A DNA stretch of 64,000 nucleotides from Epithemia pelagica (GCA_946965045.2 OX337230.1:3472001-3536000); one strand, 5' to 3'; positions 32,802-45,403 are shown, numbered from the stretch's first letter. The notes: generated by a model not told the origin, from the letters alone. Program-made: numbers and translations.

Positions 32802-35800
32802 ATGGACTTCTTCATTTGTTGTCGGTCCCGGATCCTGGTTCCGATCATGTGGTTGTTCGTGAGGAAACCAAGAGAATGGTTTGCGGTTTCTCTGTGTTTG
32901 TTGGTGCTGACTCCGATCGTTCTCCTTCCTGCCACGGTTGGAGCCATTCGTAGTGATGCACCAACAACCACAACCACGACCACAACCACCACCTGTGGGG
33001 ACGACGATTCCTCATTCGACAAACAACGACAATGCATCCAAGCCGTACTGGATTGGATTCGGACCCATCCCCGAGGATTTGTCAGTCCCAAATTGGAGCT
33101 GCAACCACAATCCAGCAGCGTCGGGCCTGCTACCAACGACAAGGACAAGAAGAACGACAAGTCGTGGGTCTGGACCGTCACGGAACCAGTCGAACCGGAG
33201 GAAGTGCTCTTGTCCATTCCGTGGGACCAGTGTCTCGTGGTCATGCAACCACCACCACAATCACAAGAACAACCCTCGTCAGCGAACGGAACTACCGTTT
33301 CTGTTTGTGCTCTGATCCAGGCACTCCACAATCCACAGGGAGGAGGAGAAGGTGGAGGAGAGTCCGATTCCGCAGACACTGACAAAAGCCTTGCGGACCA
33401 GGACAAGGAGCCATTTTGGAGGAGGACACCACTGGTGGATTACATTTCGTCTCAAGTATTGTTGGGTGTACAATCACCACAAAACAACAACGATGCAGCT
33501 CTTTCTACACGGCCACCTCGATTGTGGTCATCCGCAGGAAGACAAGCCTTGCACACTCTCTTGGGCGAGGATCTCAAGAACGATCACCCAAACAAGGACT
33601 CGTCATTTTTTGTGTCTCTGGCTCATCCTTGGACTGTACGAGATTCCCATGGGATGGACAAGGATGAAGATACTAATCGCCAAGAAGGAATGGTGGACTC
33701 ACACAGCGATTGTCTGGGACATGACCCACAATGGGTCTGGGCTCTGCACCAATGGATTGCATTGTATGGACGGCCTCTCCTCCAAACCGAACAACCACCA
33801 GGCGCAGTCTTGATTCCACTCTACGATTTGTTGACTTGGTGGTACCAAGAAGAGACTCCCAAAGCATCCTCGTCAAAGTTTCCCAATCTCAAGATTGTAA
33901 CGCCATTGGATAACCATCAGAACGACCCGAACGAAATGGACCGCAATCCATTCCAGGATGGAGAAAGTGTCACGATTCAAGCGTCGCGGTTCATTGCAGC
34001 TGGACAACCACTCGCTGTTGCCACCCCAAAGGCCTCAACGTGGCATCCGTCTCATTCCAATGTTGCCCTCTTGCCCGAAATGGGCACCATGTTTCAAACG
34101 TATGGGATTGTCCACACCGAATTTCCTCAATACTGGATCCTTCCCGTCGGAACTCCAAACGATACTGACACCCTTGTCTTGACCGTGGATTGTGCAACGG
34201 ATACCGAGTGGCAAGTGCACGATGCGCATCGGGAATTGCAACTTTTGTGGTATCCGGGCGGAACTCCATTGGTCAATCCAGACAGTTTGCTCTACGACGA
34301 GCGCAAGAAGACTAAATGGTTGGAGTTTGTCCAGCATCACATTCATCGCTTGTATTTGCACATTGCAAACGAGGAGAAGGATCAGGCACTCATTCCTCAA
34401 GCCGAGTGGGATGCCATAGTCGCTTATCGCGAGGCGCTATTGATGGTATTGGAAGCATTGGAAGATGTGTTGGATGGAGCAGGGTACCGAGAGTATGGTA
34501 GTACGAGTGCGGAGGACAAAGAACCCTTGCTTTTCTTTGCCACGACACGCCAAGGTCGATACAATCTACTAGATGTACCGTACAATGATTACCGTCGAGA
34601 GACATGTGATGAACAAGCCCCAATCGATTCCATTCAGAAACATTCCAAAATCATGGACCGTCTCACTACACCGTACCAAACGATTGTTTACGACCAAGAT
34701 CCGGAAGAAGGCAATATTTGCTATGGCTTGGATGGCATCTACCAACAATGCACATCATACCGTCCGCAGTACCACGAAATGATGGTCCATTACCCAGCAC
34801 GCTTTCTCCCTTTTGTGAAACGGGTCTTGTGGGTGGGCGGAGGCGACGCCATGCTGCTCCATGAGATACTCAAGTATACCAAATCTCTGGAACTCGCGGT
34901 TGGCTTGGAGCTGGATCAACAAGTGACGCGCAAGGCCTTTCAACACTATGGCGTCCAACCCCATTTCGACGATCATCGTGTCCAATGGTGGTACGGCGAT
35001 GCCGCCAAATCCTTGTCCATGATGCCAAGTGAATATTTCGGTACCTTTGACCTTGTACTGGTTGATTTGAGTGAGACTGTCTTGAGTTTTCCTGTATCGG
35101 ATGGGCTCGACATTTGGACAGCGCTGTCCTTGCTTTTGCAACCCAACGGCATTTTCGTAAAGGTACGTAAGAGTGGGCTCCAATAGATAGATGGCACCAA
35201 GGCTGATCACTCACACTCTGTGTCATCTCAATTGCTTCTCCATAAAGAATGGCTTCTATTTCCAAAAGTTGAACAAGATCTTTCCCCATTCAGCACAAAT
35301 AATCAATTACGATATTCCTCTCATATACAGACAGAGTTTTGCTCTGGGGAGCTTTGAAACGGATTTCTTGCATACACATATGGCACACCACCATGGGGTT
35401 AAGACACTGTTTGCGCCATTAGAGAACGTCGACAGCGACTTGACAATGATGCACGACTATCACTGGAACAGCACCGCAAAGCCGTACAATGACAAGACAA
35501 GTGAAATGTCAGAAAGCACAAGTGGGAAGCCACGTCTGCAAGACAAAAGTCCCGGACTTCTTCTCGTGGTTGAAGCCGAGCAGATTTTGGACACTTCCAT
35601 CATCGCGTCTGCGGAAGCACTTCAAAACACGATTGTCCGGGCTATTGAAATGAGCGGCTTGTTAACCATTATTTCGTCCATGACGCTTACGGATGGAGAC
35701 CAAGTGGTGATTATTGTTCTAGCGGAGGGCTACATTGTAGCCAGAGGATGGCCGGCAAATGAATATTGCGCCTTGGACATTCATTTATGGAGCGCGTTTG

Positions 35801-37245
35801 ATCGAATGGAAGCTGTCAAAGACGAACTCCTAGTTGCATTGCAAAGCCCATACTTTTCACTGTACCGCATGGTAGCGGGTGGTATGTTTGGTGTCCAAAC
35901 ATGGCAACGAGATGCCTCCCTTCGTGGTCCTCAGTTTCGTAATAGCTCTGACGATTCCCCCGCTTCTCACAATGATTCCGAGAACAAAATGCGCTCAGCA
36001 TTTTCGAATGGCAATGCTCAGATGTATCAACATCTCCTTCATATCTACTATGAAGAAGTGCTCAGAACTTGGTTGCCCGTTGATAAACAGAAGAACCGTA
36101 ATATAGCATTGGCTATCTGTGGATCCAGCGAAGAGCGTTGTCATAGCCCAGAAGTGTTCAGGACCATCTTCCACAACAACGCCTTCGACGGGACAATCAT
36201 CCCTATTTGGACGTGTCCCAACTTGTTGAATGGCGGTAACGATACAAGCGTCTCCAAATTCCTGTGCGAGCGAGAAGTCAATGCCACTCTTCATGATCTA
36301 GTTGGTACAAGTGGACAAAGCTCAGAAAGTCAAGGCATATCACTCATCGCTCTTGACGCCACTGCTCCTTTTGCAATGGCACAAATTGTTCATAAGGTAC
36401 TTCGGAGTTCCAGACAACGATCCGTTCTTCTATCGGACAGAAACCTTCTTGTACTGTCATCAAGTAACAACGGTGCCGACGACTCAACTTCAACTTGGCG
36501 ACGAATGTTCGTTGATCAATTCCGCTCAATTCTTCCCCATCAACCAGCATTCGTATCCCATGTTACATTCTCCAATGATACCAACATATTCGATACCTTA
36601 AGTTTCGTTTCCGGTGACTCTTCGTTTACGATGCATTCGAAGAAAGCTACAAAGAACTTTGAGCTTCGCGCTAACATGGTGTCGAACACGCATCACATTG
36701 GTGGAGTTGAACTCAAATATCAGCGTGACTTCACACCTTCGCAGTTTTTCACCAGTCGAGATTACGACCAACGCGGTCCCTTCCATCAATGGAAGATGCA
36801 AAGACCTGTTGGTTTTCAAATTCTCGTACGAATCGAAGTGGACGAGTTCTTCAAGTCAGAGTCAGATTTGAAGTCTTTGCTTGATCTCGCGATCAAGTCG
36901 GCAGATGATGAGGTCGAGTACACATTGGAACTTCATGACTTTACTAACCTTGGAGAAGGTAGTGTGATTGTTGGGGTATTTTCTGGTGGCAAAAGCGGAG
37001 GACTTCCCATCGTCTGTCTATGGGATGGTCGAAACCATATTGATGTGAACATCTTTCGGTATCACGAAAACAGGGACTTTGCTGATAAATTCACTGAAAG
37101 CTTGACAAGTAGTTTCCAGGGATCCTTACATGTCGTGTTACGTGACGAAATGCCTCGCGGACATGGACGAGTGGTCAATTTCAAATCGGATCTTGATGAT
37201 AAACGAAATGGCAAAACTCCTTACTGGGCCTCCCATCTATCATGA
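32802..37245 (+). CDS. Multidomain polyamine-pathway fusion: signal peptide, SET-like, aminopropyltransferase (spermidine/spermine synthase-like), two AdoMetDC-like domains (2 exons)
   Basis: APT motifs YHEMMVHYPA, VLWVGGGDAMLL, ELDQQV, GDAAK and FDLVLVDLSE. The intron 35163-35247 (GTACGT...AAAG, 85 bp) joins FVK|NGFYF. SpeD-like segment IVLAEGYIVARGWP..EYCALDIHLW. The start could also be the ATG at 32847. Confidence 0.8.
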
Positions 37246-37745
37246 TGTCATGATCTTGAAAACTTGTTACAGAGGTTGATGCACAGGGCATGTCGTTTTG
37301 TTTTTCTTCACGACCGAGTTTTGTGTCCTTGCTTTGGTTGGACGACAGGCTACCACGATTATCGCGCAAGCAGTGTCAATCACGTAGCTTCGACCATGAT
37401 TCTGAATCATGGCTATCACGGAACCCTGCGAAGTGGAGACACTGTTCCCACGACCCCCGATTCCAAGGTTGGTGTGGCTGATCTGTTCCACGAGCCCGGA
37501 CATTGTTAGTGGCGCGTGTGTTGGGACAACCGGGTCGCTACAAGTTCTTAGTTTGAGTTGGTTGGGGCTTGAATTCCAGGCATGCCGTTCTGCCCATCGA
37601 CCTATAGCAAGACAAACACCCTCACCACTGGAAAACTATAAAAAGCGAAGACAAACAAACTGTGAAAATTATTCTTATAACCTGTCATCTCTCATTAACA
37701 TGCACTTATGTAAGTTTTTTCTTCTTGTTGTTCTGCTGGCGTATT

Positions 37746-38939
37746 TTAATCATCATCGCTGTCACAGAGATCCACAAAGACGACTCTCTTGGGTGTAACC
37801 TTGGTGTTTTTGAGTTTCGAGAGAGCTCTTCCAATTTCCCTTCCAATCTTGGCACCCATTTCTTCATACTCTGTGTCCTTGGAACTGGTCCCCGAATCTT
37901 GACTTTCTGCCACATGCGATTCTACTCCACCAGCAACCATTGCCCTTGCAATTTTCGCAACCATTGCTTCCAAGTCCATTTCCTTAGATGCACCGCTTCG
38001 GGAATTTCCATTCTCCACCTGATTTTTGTCGCTGGAACTTCCACCTTCATTGACTGGTGGTGGTTTCTTGAGACTAGTACGCTTCTTGAATCCGGCAAAG
38101 CATGGAGCCAACAGTTTGTGTTTTCGCCTGTTCTTGTTCTCTGAATTCTCGGCCTCTGTGTTCCCAGCTGTGACGTTAGAGGCTCCCTTCATATCCTCAG
38201 GGTTCTGCTGTGGCGTCACAATCCGGCGGCAAGGGACATCAGGTTGTGGTTGCGGATGGTCACAGCCACATAGTTGTTTACCATTTGCTTGACAGGGTGT
38301 TGCTAGCCCCACTGGCTCAATGAAAGAGTCGGTCGAATTTAGATCCAACAGATCTGGATCCAGCCAATGTCCGGACTCATTGGATGACTCGTCTGGATAG
38401 TCCTCATCTAGCGCCATCCCTTCTTTCTTTTCCTCACCACACTCCATGATGTCATCATTCTGCGACAGATCTTCCGGAACAAAATATTCTCCACTATCGT
38501 TGATGAGCACCATTTTCCCTCCCTTGTGAAAGCATCGCTTTCTGGGAGGCTGCACTTTCTTCTTTGGTGCCCTCTTCTTCTTTGTTGCCCGCTTCTTCTT
38601 TTCTGGAAACTTATAGTCGGCGGCTTGCTCGGATGGGCGATAGTAATATCCATGCTCTTCCCATATACGTTTTCTCTCTTGGATCATAGCTTGGCGAGGG
38701 GACCGACGAACCCGCTTTCCTTTGATATAAAGTGGCTGAACGTACTTTTCGTAGACCTCTTCGAAGTGACGAGTGGATTCCCACTTGACCCACACTAAGG
38801 ACCCATAACCATCGAACCGAGGTGGTTGATCTGTTTTTACCAACCATACCTGATGTTCCATGAACCGATTCTTGCCAACCAAGCGAACCATTTTGCCCAA
38901 TTGAATGGGAGTTGGAGGTACGGCAGTCTTTTTCTTCAT
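37746..38939 (-). CDS. Hypothetical protein; possible Tudor/SH3-like N-terminal domain followed by basic and acidic low-complexity regions
   Basis: 397-aa ORF; GKMVRLVG...VWVKWEST.HFEEV beta-rich pattern; Lys-rich NLS-like segments. Confidence 0.55.
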   Translation of the reverse strand: MKKKTAVPPTPIQLGKMVRLVGKNRFMEHQVWLVKTDQPPRFDGYGSLVWVKWESTRHFEEVYEKYVQPLYIKGKRVRRSPRQAMIQERKRIWEEHGYYYRPSEQAADYKFPEKKKRATKKKRAPKKKVQPPRKRCFHKGGKMVLINDSGEYFVPEDLSQNDDIMECGEEKKEGMALDEDYPDESSNESGHWLDPDLLDLNSTDSFIEPVGLATPCQANGKQLCGCDHPQPQPDVPCRRIVTPQQNPEDMKGASNVTAGNTEAENSENKNRRKHKLLAPCFAGFKKRTSLKKPPPVNEGGSSSDKNQVENGNSRSGASKEMDLEAMVAKIARAMVAGGVESHVAESQDSGTSSKDTEYEEMGAKIGREIGRALSKLKNTKVTPKRVVFVDLCDSDDD

Positions 38940-39649
38940 GGCGAAATTGTGTCACATCAACGAAGGCATGGGTTCATTTCCAGTTTTTGGGTGAAGCTCT
39001 CATTATTGACATCCGAAAAGATCTCGTACTCTTTAGGCCGCACTACGGAAAAGTTCTTACTACCCATCCCCCATCAAAAAGATACGCACTTACATACGAA
39101 AGGAAATTCTGTTGATGGTATCTTTTGATAGAGATGATGGAAGGAAAGGGAGTAAAATGGATGGGCGCGGGGTGGGGTCTCCAACGGAACAAAAATTCCT
39201 CCATGCCCATAAATAATTCTTATCCTAAATTTGGGGATCAATTCTTGTCGTTGCTCGAATCTCGGATTCGTTTATCTCACAAGAGCAGAGACATGGAACG
39301 TGGTCAACGATTGACCATTGGCACAGCATTTGTTCTGGGAAAGTATATCTTAAAACAAGGATGGAAGGCATCTCAGGTTCCGTCACAGCGGAATTGAATT
39401 CAATCTTTTTTTCTTCCCCTTATTTTGAGTCGTGACCACGAATCTTTTGGTTCGTGTGTGCTCCATCTCCCACGAGATTGCAGGGGACATATTATGTGTC
39501 ACCATGAAAGAGACGGCCAAGGAACATCATCCGACACCCATGCTCCGAAAACGTCTACTACATGTAATGTGACTTCCACAGCAACAACAACTACGACCAG
39601 GTCGATTCGTCGTCTCGCCACATCCAATGTACCCGCCTCCTCCACGTAA

Positions 39650-40807
39650 CCAACTCCTGATCCTTCCCTTCATGGTGGAGAACATCGTTTACGTTCCGAA
39701 AGCTTGGCCTTTGATATGGATGTGCGGTATCCACTCTTGGCGGATTTTACATTTGCATCCGTCTTTTGGCCCTTGACGCGACGTGACGCCGAGGCGATTA
39801 TGGCCTTTTACAATACGACCCGTCGTCATGTTGAACGAAAAGCAAGCAACAGGAACAAGACTGTCAAGCCAAACGAAATTAGATTGACCATGGATCATGT
39901 CATTCTTCTTAAAGCCTTGGAACGGCGAATTGACCATGCGTTGCGAAACGATCCACATCTGGCCTCCCACAACACTACCTCGTTGGAGGAAGAAGGTGCG
40001 TTTTTGCGCTTGTATGGCCGGTCTCCCAAAGATGAAGAGCCAACGGATTTGGCAGGCCTATAAAGAGAAACTGCAGGAGCTCCAGCAGAGGGAACAAAAG
40101 GACATAGACGCCACAATGCGAGGGGAAACTTGTGTGTCGCCGCCATTTTGCGGACCATGGAACTTTTGCGGGTATGAACCGGAGCCGATGTCATGGCTCT
40201 GTTGCTCACATCGGAACGGGTTTACTCCGACCTCTTACATTGGTTGGAGTATGGGGAACCGGAACAAATGGTATTAAGGAAATGGTCCTCGGATTTTGAT
40301 TTGACAACGTAATTTCTATGTCATGTGGGGCCGAGGGGTGTCCTTGTTGGAATCTGCCAATACGACCCTTAAGTGTGCCATGACTATTTGCAGGCTGTTC
40401 TTCAACAATGGATGTAAGTCCGAACTCACATTGAGACTATCGACGGCAGTTACTGGGCCGATTTTGGTGTCAACATGACTGTTGGAACGGCACAACTGAT
40501 TGAATTATCACTCTTCAGAAAGTGCACTGGTCCATCCTTGTTTGCATGGAAGGGTGAATTTGAACTCATCATGCCAGAGAGATCCGATGTCAGCGACACA
40601 TCTCGTTGGAAAGTGTTGACTATGGAGCCAGTTGGCGCCAACATGAAAGGATTCTCGGCTGACTTACAGAGTATTGTTATAAAATCGACCGTATTCCGCT
40701 GCCGATCAAAACCAATTCGGATTATCAGTGGTCTGAAGAGCGTCATGATGCCCCCACTGCCCATCAACAAGTGTACGAAAAAGTTTGGCAACAAGAGTCT
40801 TGGCTGA
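39650..40807 (+). pseudogene. Cdc123-like (R2K-type) ATP-grasp pseudogene
   Basis: Reading through stops and frameshifts gives FDMDVRYPLLADFTF, GAFLRLYGRSPKD, LLLTSERVYSDL, VLRKW, *FLCHV (EFRxFV position), GICQYD and ADFG...LIELSLF...TGPSLF.W. Confidence 0.7.
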
Positions 40808-40851
40808 ATCGTTTCTGATACCTTCTTTCTTCAACGCCCAGTCATGTCGCC

Positions 40852-41046
40852 ATGTCGCTTCCCGAGTGGATTCGTCGCTCTATTTGGAGCGATGACAAGA
40901 ACGAGAAAAAAACTGCTTTGTTATTTGTGTATGGAACTCTCAAACGACAGTGCCATTGGCATTCAAAATACCTGTCCGACTCTCAGTTTGTGGAAAGCTT
41001 TTCTTCGAACATACGCCGCGCTCCCAATTGTATGCAGATGATATGA
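40852..41046 (+). pseudogene. Gamma-glutamylcyclotransferase (AIG2/GGACT-like) N-terminal fragment
   Basis: LFVYGTLKRQCHWHSKYL matches the FVYGTLxxG signature; the frame closes shortly afterwards. Confidence 0.65.
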
Positions 41047-41325
41047 AGAGTCCGTGGAGAGAACATTTGAAGAAGTACTCTAAACGGAGCAATCACTGGC
41101 TACATCGTCGGATATGCACTATAGTGAAACATTCGCCTTTCGGAGCAATTCACAGTACAATTTATATCGTTACTTCGAAAATAGTCTACAGGGCTTTTTC
41201 CAGTGTGTCTCAGAGCGCTGGCACTGACAATCTGTTTCTATCCCCGACCATTGGGGAAATGGAACTTCAAGCAACGAAAGGTGCTGAATCTATGTTCAGC
41301 AGACGACCTCGATTTACTCCTCCGA

Positions 41326-42231
41326 CTATCGATTACGGTTTTCCCTCTTTTGGGGAGAAATGGTACGATGCACAACGACCGGTACCGAATCGTTGCGCAA
41401 GAAATGACTTCGAAGATTGTGGACGTTTAAAGGATCATGCTTTGTGGTGGAAATGGGGCTGCTTTGTTCAGACCATCGGGACTGTGCAAGCAAATGATCA
41501 TATTCTCCCATTTTTGTGTACAGGAGGCGGTTGGAATGGGACCACTCTTGCGAATGGGAACAAATCCAGTCGACACGGCGAGAAACTTTCTGTGCGGACA
41601 ATACGGCACGGCGGTGCTGTCGTACAAGTGCCTTGATCTTAGGATATACCACGTGCTCTAGGCCCCGTAGTTCTTGGCATTTCGAAAATGTCCAAAAGCA
41701 AAGTTGGATAGATTCCCGCTCATCTTGAAGTGTACTTGCTCTCTGATATTCGGCGCAGTCTCTGAGGCGGCTCTTGACGGACTTGCATGCTCTCTTGAGT
41801 GCTTTTCTATAGGGTCCCTGAAACTTTGTGACCCTGACCATTTCTTGGAGGTGAAGTTTTTGCAGTTCATTCTTTGACCACCACAGTTCCTCCCTAGGAA
41901 CGTCATGTTCTTGTCTGAATGTTTGAATCGAGCAGTGCACGGAGTTTGTAGACTTGTTCAAGTCGAATGACACCGATTTTTGGTTTCCTCTTTGTAGTGT
42001 GTACGTGGATGACGTATGCGCTGGGCGTTTGAGACACGATCTTGCTTTCTTCGCGATCATTGGTCCTTCAGCTTTCTGTTCAACGCAAGGATCCTTGCAT
42101 GGAACAAGCAGCCCATGCCGGAATCTAGAACGAGAGCATAGATCTACATTTGTCGTCAGCCACGAACAGGGGATGTTGATAAAGTCATCGTCATGACCAC
42201 ATGTATACGTTGGAGATTGGATCATGTTCAC
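41326..42231 (-). CDS. Hypothetical protein of the diatom-type V(S/R)F...WWS..E...RGLE family
   Basis: KSVSF...LWWSKNEL...CQELRGLE...HRRAVLSAQ pattern; similar layout to 46696-47694. Confidence 0.55.
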   Translation of the reverse strand: MNMIQSPTYTCGHDDDFINIPCSWLTTNVDLCSRSRFRHGLLVPCKDPCVEQKAEGPMIAKKARSCLKRPAHTSSTYTLQRGNQKSVSFDLNKSTNSVHCSIQTFRQEHDVPREELWWSKNELQKLHLQEMVRVTKFQGPYRKALKRACKSVKSRLRDCAEYQRASTLQDERESIQLCFWTFSKCQELRGLEHVVYPKIKALVRQHRRAVLSAQKVSRRVDWICSHSQEWSHSNRLLYTKMGEYDHLLAQSRWSEQSSPISTTKHDPLNVHNLRSHFLRNDSVPVVVHRTISPQKRENRNR

Positions 42232-42568
42232 TGTAGTTTCTTTTTATGTGTGCTTGACAGACTTTGTTTTTGCCGTCTCTCCAATTTGTGACAGAGCAAT
42301 GATCAATGATGCCCTGAGAGCTACTGTATAACCAATAAAGCCGAACTGGTAGGGTCACATAGTTTACTGGTAGGGGTGGATTCGGGGTAACCAGGGCTAG
42401 CTTTGCAGAACATCGGAGAAAAGGAGATTCCAATTTCTAGTTCCGCGATACAATGTTATGGTACAGTATCAAGTCTGGACCAACTACACGAAGTTCGTAG
42501 GACCTTGTGGGACCGGCGTCACTCTCTGATATGAATTTGGTAGCGTATATGGTTTTTGATGAAAAAAG

Positions 42569-42873
42569 TAGAGGTTGGACCCGCGAGCTCAAATCGATGC
42601 GGGTAGGTGAACCGCGCATCCTAATCATTGCGGGTCCAAATACCCGCGCGTTCCGCAGTTCCGCACTACTATGGGATTTTATGTACTCTGCACATATTTG
42701 ACGTACGGACAGGCAGACCTAGAAAGCACCAAATCAGTGCCCACCGCGTTTACTATGCGTAGGTGCGGGTAGCGCGGATCGGACCCGCCAGTCTCTTTCG
42801 TTGCGGTTCCAGGGATCCGCACCGCGGATCCGCGGATCCGATCCGCAGCACCGCGGTGCGGGTCCCACCTCTA
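42569..42873. mobile_element. hAT-like MITE (305 bp)
   Basis: TIR TAGAGGTTGGACCCGC/GCGGGTCCCACCTCTA (15/16); 8-bp TSD GAAAAAAG (42561-42568, 42874-42881); GCGGATCC-type subterminal repeats. Confidence 0.9.
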
Positions 42874-43450
42874 GAAAAAAGAGCACAGCCAAGAATCATT
42901 GATAGAAATCTTCTGTTCTTGTGATGGCCACCCTGGACCTGATTGGTGGCAGGGATGATGTGGGAGTTCTCCATTCTCCCGAAATGAGCTAACTTTTTCG
43001 GGGCTAGACACTGATAACAGACGTGGTAGTTATCCCTGTAAGAACCACGGAGTGATTCATGCCAACTATAAAGGGTGCGATTGGGGGGGTACCTTTGTTC
43101 GTCCGTCATCCGAAAGGAAAAAAATTGTCTCGTATTTTTTCCCAAAGCGCCAGCCGGGTGATATCGCCAGCCTCCCTTCGATCGTTCGCGCCGGTCACGC
43201 CTTGTATTGCTGGGGCCAGGAATCGTCTCACTTTTCGAGCAACACCACAAAAGACGACCATGAGCACACCAAAAACCAAAAGAAAACCATCCAGCCCTAC
43301 GAACGACCACAGTGACAACTTTATGGCCAAAACCATCCACCTTGATCACAAGTGAAGGCGGAATGAATCAAAGGAAGGATGACAACATGAAACATGACAA
43401 TCAACCACTGCAATGAACAATCAACCACTACAATGATGAAGCAACGGTTT

Positions 43451-43526
43451 GACAGCGTCATCATGGGGTATGTAAGCCCAGGAAGCAGGACAGCGTCATC
43501 ATGGGGTATGTAAGCCCAGGAAGCAG
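43451..43526. repeat. Perfect 38-bp tandem duplication
   Basis: GACAGCGTCATCATGGGGTATGTAAGCCCAGGAAGCAG x2. Confidence 0.95.
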
Positions 43527-44115
43527 GAAGCCTAAACTAGTAGTGGACTATGCTTTTATCTTTCCCATATACAAAGTGCCAGGAGCTTGTGTTGATACTC
43601 CTAGAGGTGCATGTGTGTGTATTTCATGGTTTGGTGTGTGTGTGTGTGTGATGATTCCGTGAAGCTTGATCCACTACTACGTAAAGAGTACTCGCTTTTG
43701 AAACAGTATAGACTTTAGAGTATAAAATGGGCTTGTAGATTTCTCTGTGCATGTCTCGTCGAGTCTCACGGCTCACGGTTCCTGTTTCCCATTCATGAGC
43801 GCAAGCGGCTAAACAATAGGGCGAAGCCAGTTATTACAGTTGGCTTGGACGTTACAATAATGTGCTAAATCAAAAGAAATTTGAAAGAAATAATTTTTAC
43901 ATTTTTTAGAAAATTTTGGGAATAACCGTATGGACAGCAGACGGGAGGTACCCCCGCAATCGGAGGGATCTTTCGCATTTACGGACAAAACCTTTCTATG
44001 TTCCCTATTGTACATCTGTCTCATTTATTTCGGAGATATGTCTGGCCGCCTCACCAATATGGAGGGGAAATAATGGCGAATAGCAACCAACCAGTATATA
44101 GTAAAGAGCCCATTC

Positions 44116-44667
44116 TAGGGTTGGGGGAATCTGGTAGCGGGAATTCCATTCCCCTTGGGAATGGGAATTCCCGTTCCCAATTCCCGTCGCCGCCAAAAAG
44201 CCGATGGGAATTCCCAAATGCGACTGCCTACATTATAGTGCGATTTTAAGTATGTGGGTGTCGAAGATATCTTTGAATGATTGTGGATGCCAAATATCTT
44301 TTGTAGTTTGAAAGCACAAAGTCCCACATCAAAGAAAGAAATGGATACTGCTGGTTGCGGTGAGTCGATCGACTTAGAGTTGGAGCGTCTGAAGGACAAC
44401 GATGAGGAGATAGGAGGAGAAGAAGAAGAATGTGTTTGGTTGGAACACAAGAACTCCATCACCCGCATATGGAAGCAGGTGATGATGGCATTGACAGTGA
44501 CTACAACATTGATGAACTCCTTAATTACTAAGATCTCAGCCATGTGCAACCTGCATTACGTGAAAAGGTGTCGTTTTGGGAATTCCACTGGGAATGGGAA
44601 CGTTCCCATTGATATCAATGGGAACGTTCCCAATTCCCGTCGTTGAAATAGCGTTCCCCCAACACTA
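44116..44667. mobile_element. hAT-like MITE (552 bp)
   Basis: TIR TAGGGTTGGGGGA/TCCCCCAACACTA (12/13); 8-bp TSD GCCCATTC (44108-44115, 44668-44675); GGGAATTCCC/GGGAACGTTCCC subterminal palindromes. Confidence 0.9.
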
Positions 44668-44921
44668 GCCCATTCACAGTGGACACGGACATGAACCGGT
44701 CACTCGAATCTTACCTCTACTCTAGGCCCTGGGGTTATCACAACATGTACCTCTAGGTAGGTTTCACGGATTGTCATCCTACCTAGTAGTCGAGAAGCAC
44801 ACCTCACTGGGCCCGCTCTTTCTCTTTGCCCATATCATCAGGAAACACCATGCAAATGACCCGACAAGTCCGCCCGGATGTGTATCCTTGTGTCAGTCGA
44901 AAACACATTATAATAATAGTA

Positions 44922-45403
44922 AGTCTCTCAACAAACGAATTCATATCGGACTGTAGGCAAGACAGGTCCTCGGATCGTGAAATGGCCCTGTACTTGCATG
45001 AGTTGGTCGATTGGTGGATTCTCTCCCAACACACAAGGAATCGTACCATTCGGTGGCCCACTGCGCGGGGAGAGAGACAGATTCCGGTAGTTGGTACATT
45101 GGACCAGACACTCCCAACGAAATTCTCACCATCGCTCTCCACGATCAATCGTGCTTGGCTGCGTTCATTCGTCCCAACCACGTCGATCGAACCTACAGTC
45201 TCTCAACAAACGAACTACAATCGGATTGTAAGCAAGACAGGTCCTCGAATCGTGAAACAGCTCAGTACTTGCACGAGTGGGTCAATTGGTGGATTCTCTC
45301 CCAACACACAACAAGGAATCGTACCATTCGGTGGCCCAATATGCACGAAGAGATCAAAAGATTCTGGTAGCTGGCACATTGGACCGGACACTCCCAAAGA
45401 ATT
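44922..45403 (+). repeat. Diverged ~205-bp direct repeat x2 (period 275 bp); possibly a decayed LRR gene
   Basis: 44922-45124 versus 45197-45403; translations contain QLVDSLPT and TLP.E(I/L)..(I/L)-like fragments. Confidence 0.7.

Noticed and set aside
44281-44646. 121-aa ORF inside the 44116-44667 MITE as a transposase remnant
   Set aside because: No recognisable hAT motif; left uncalled.
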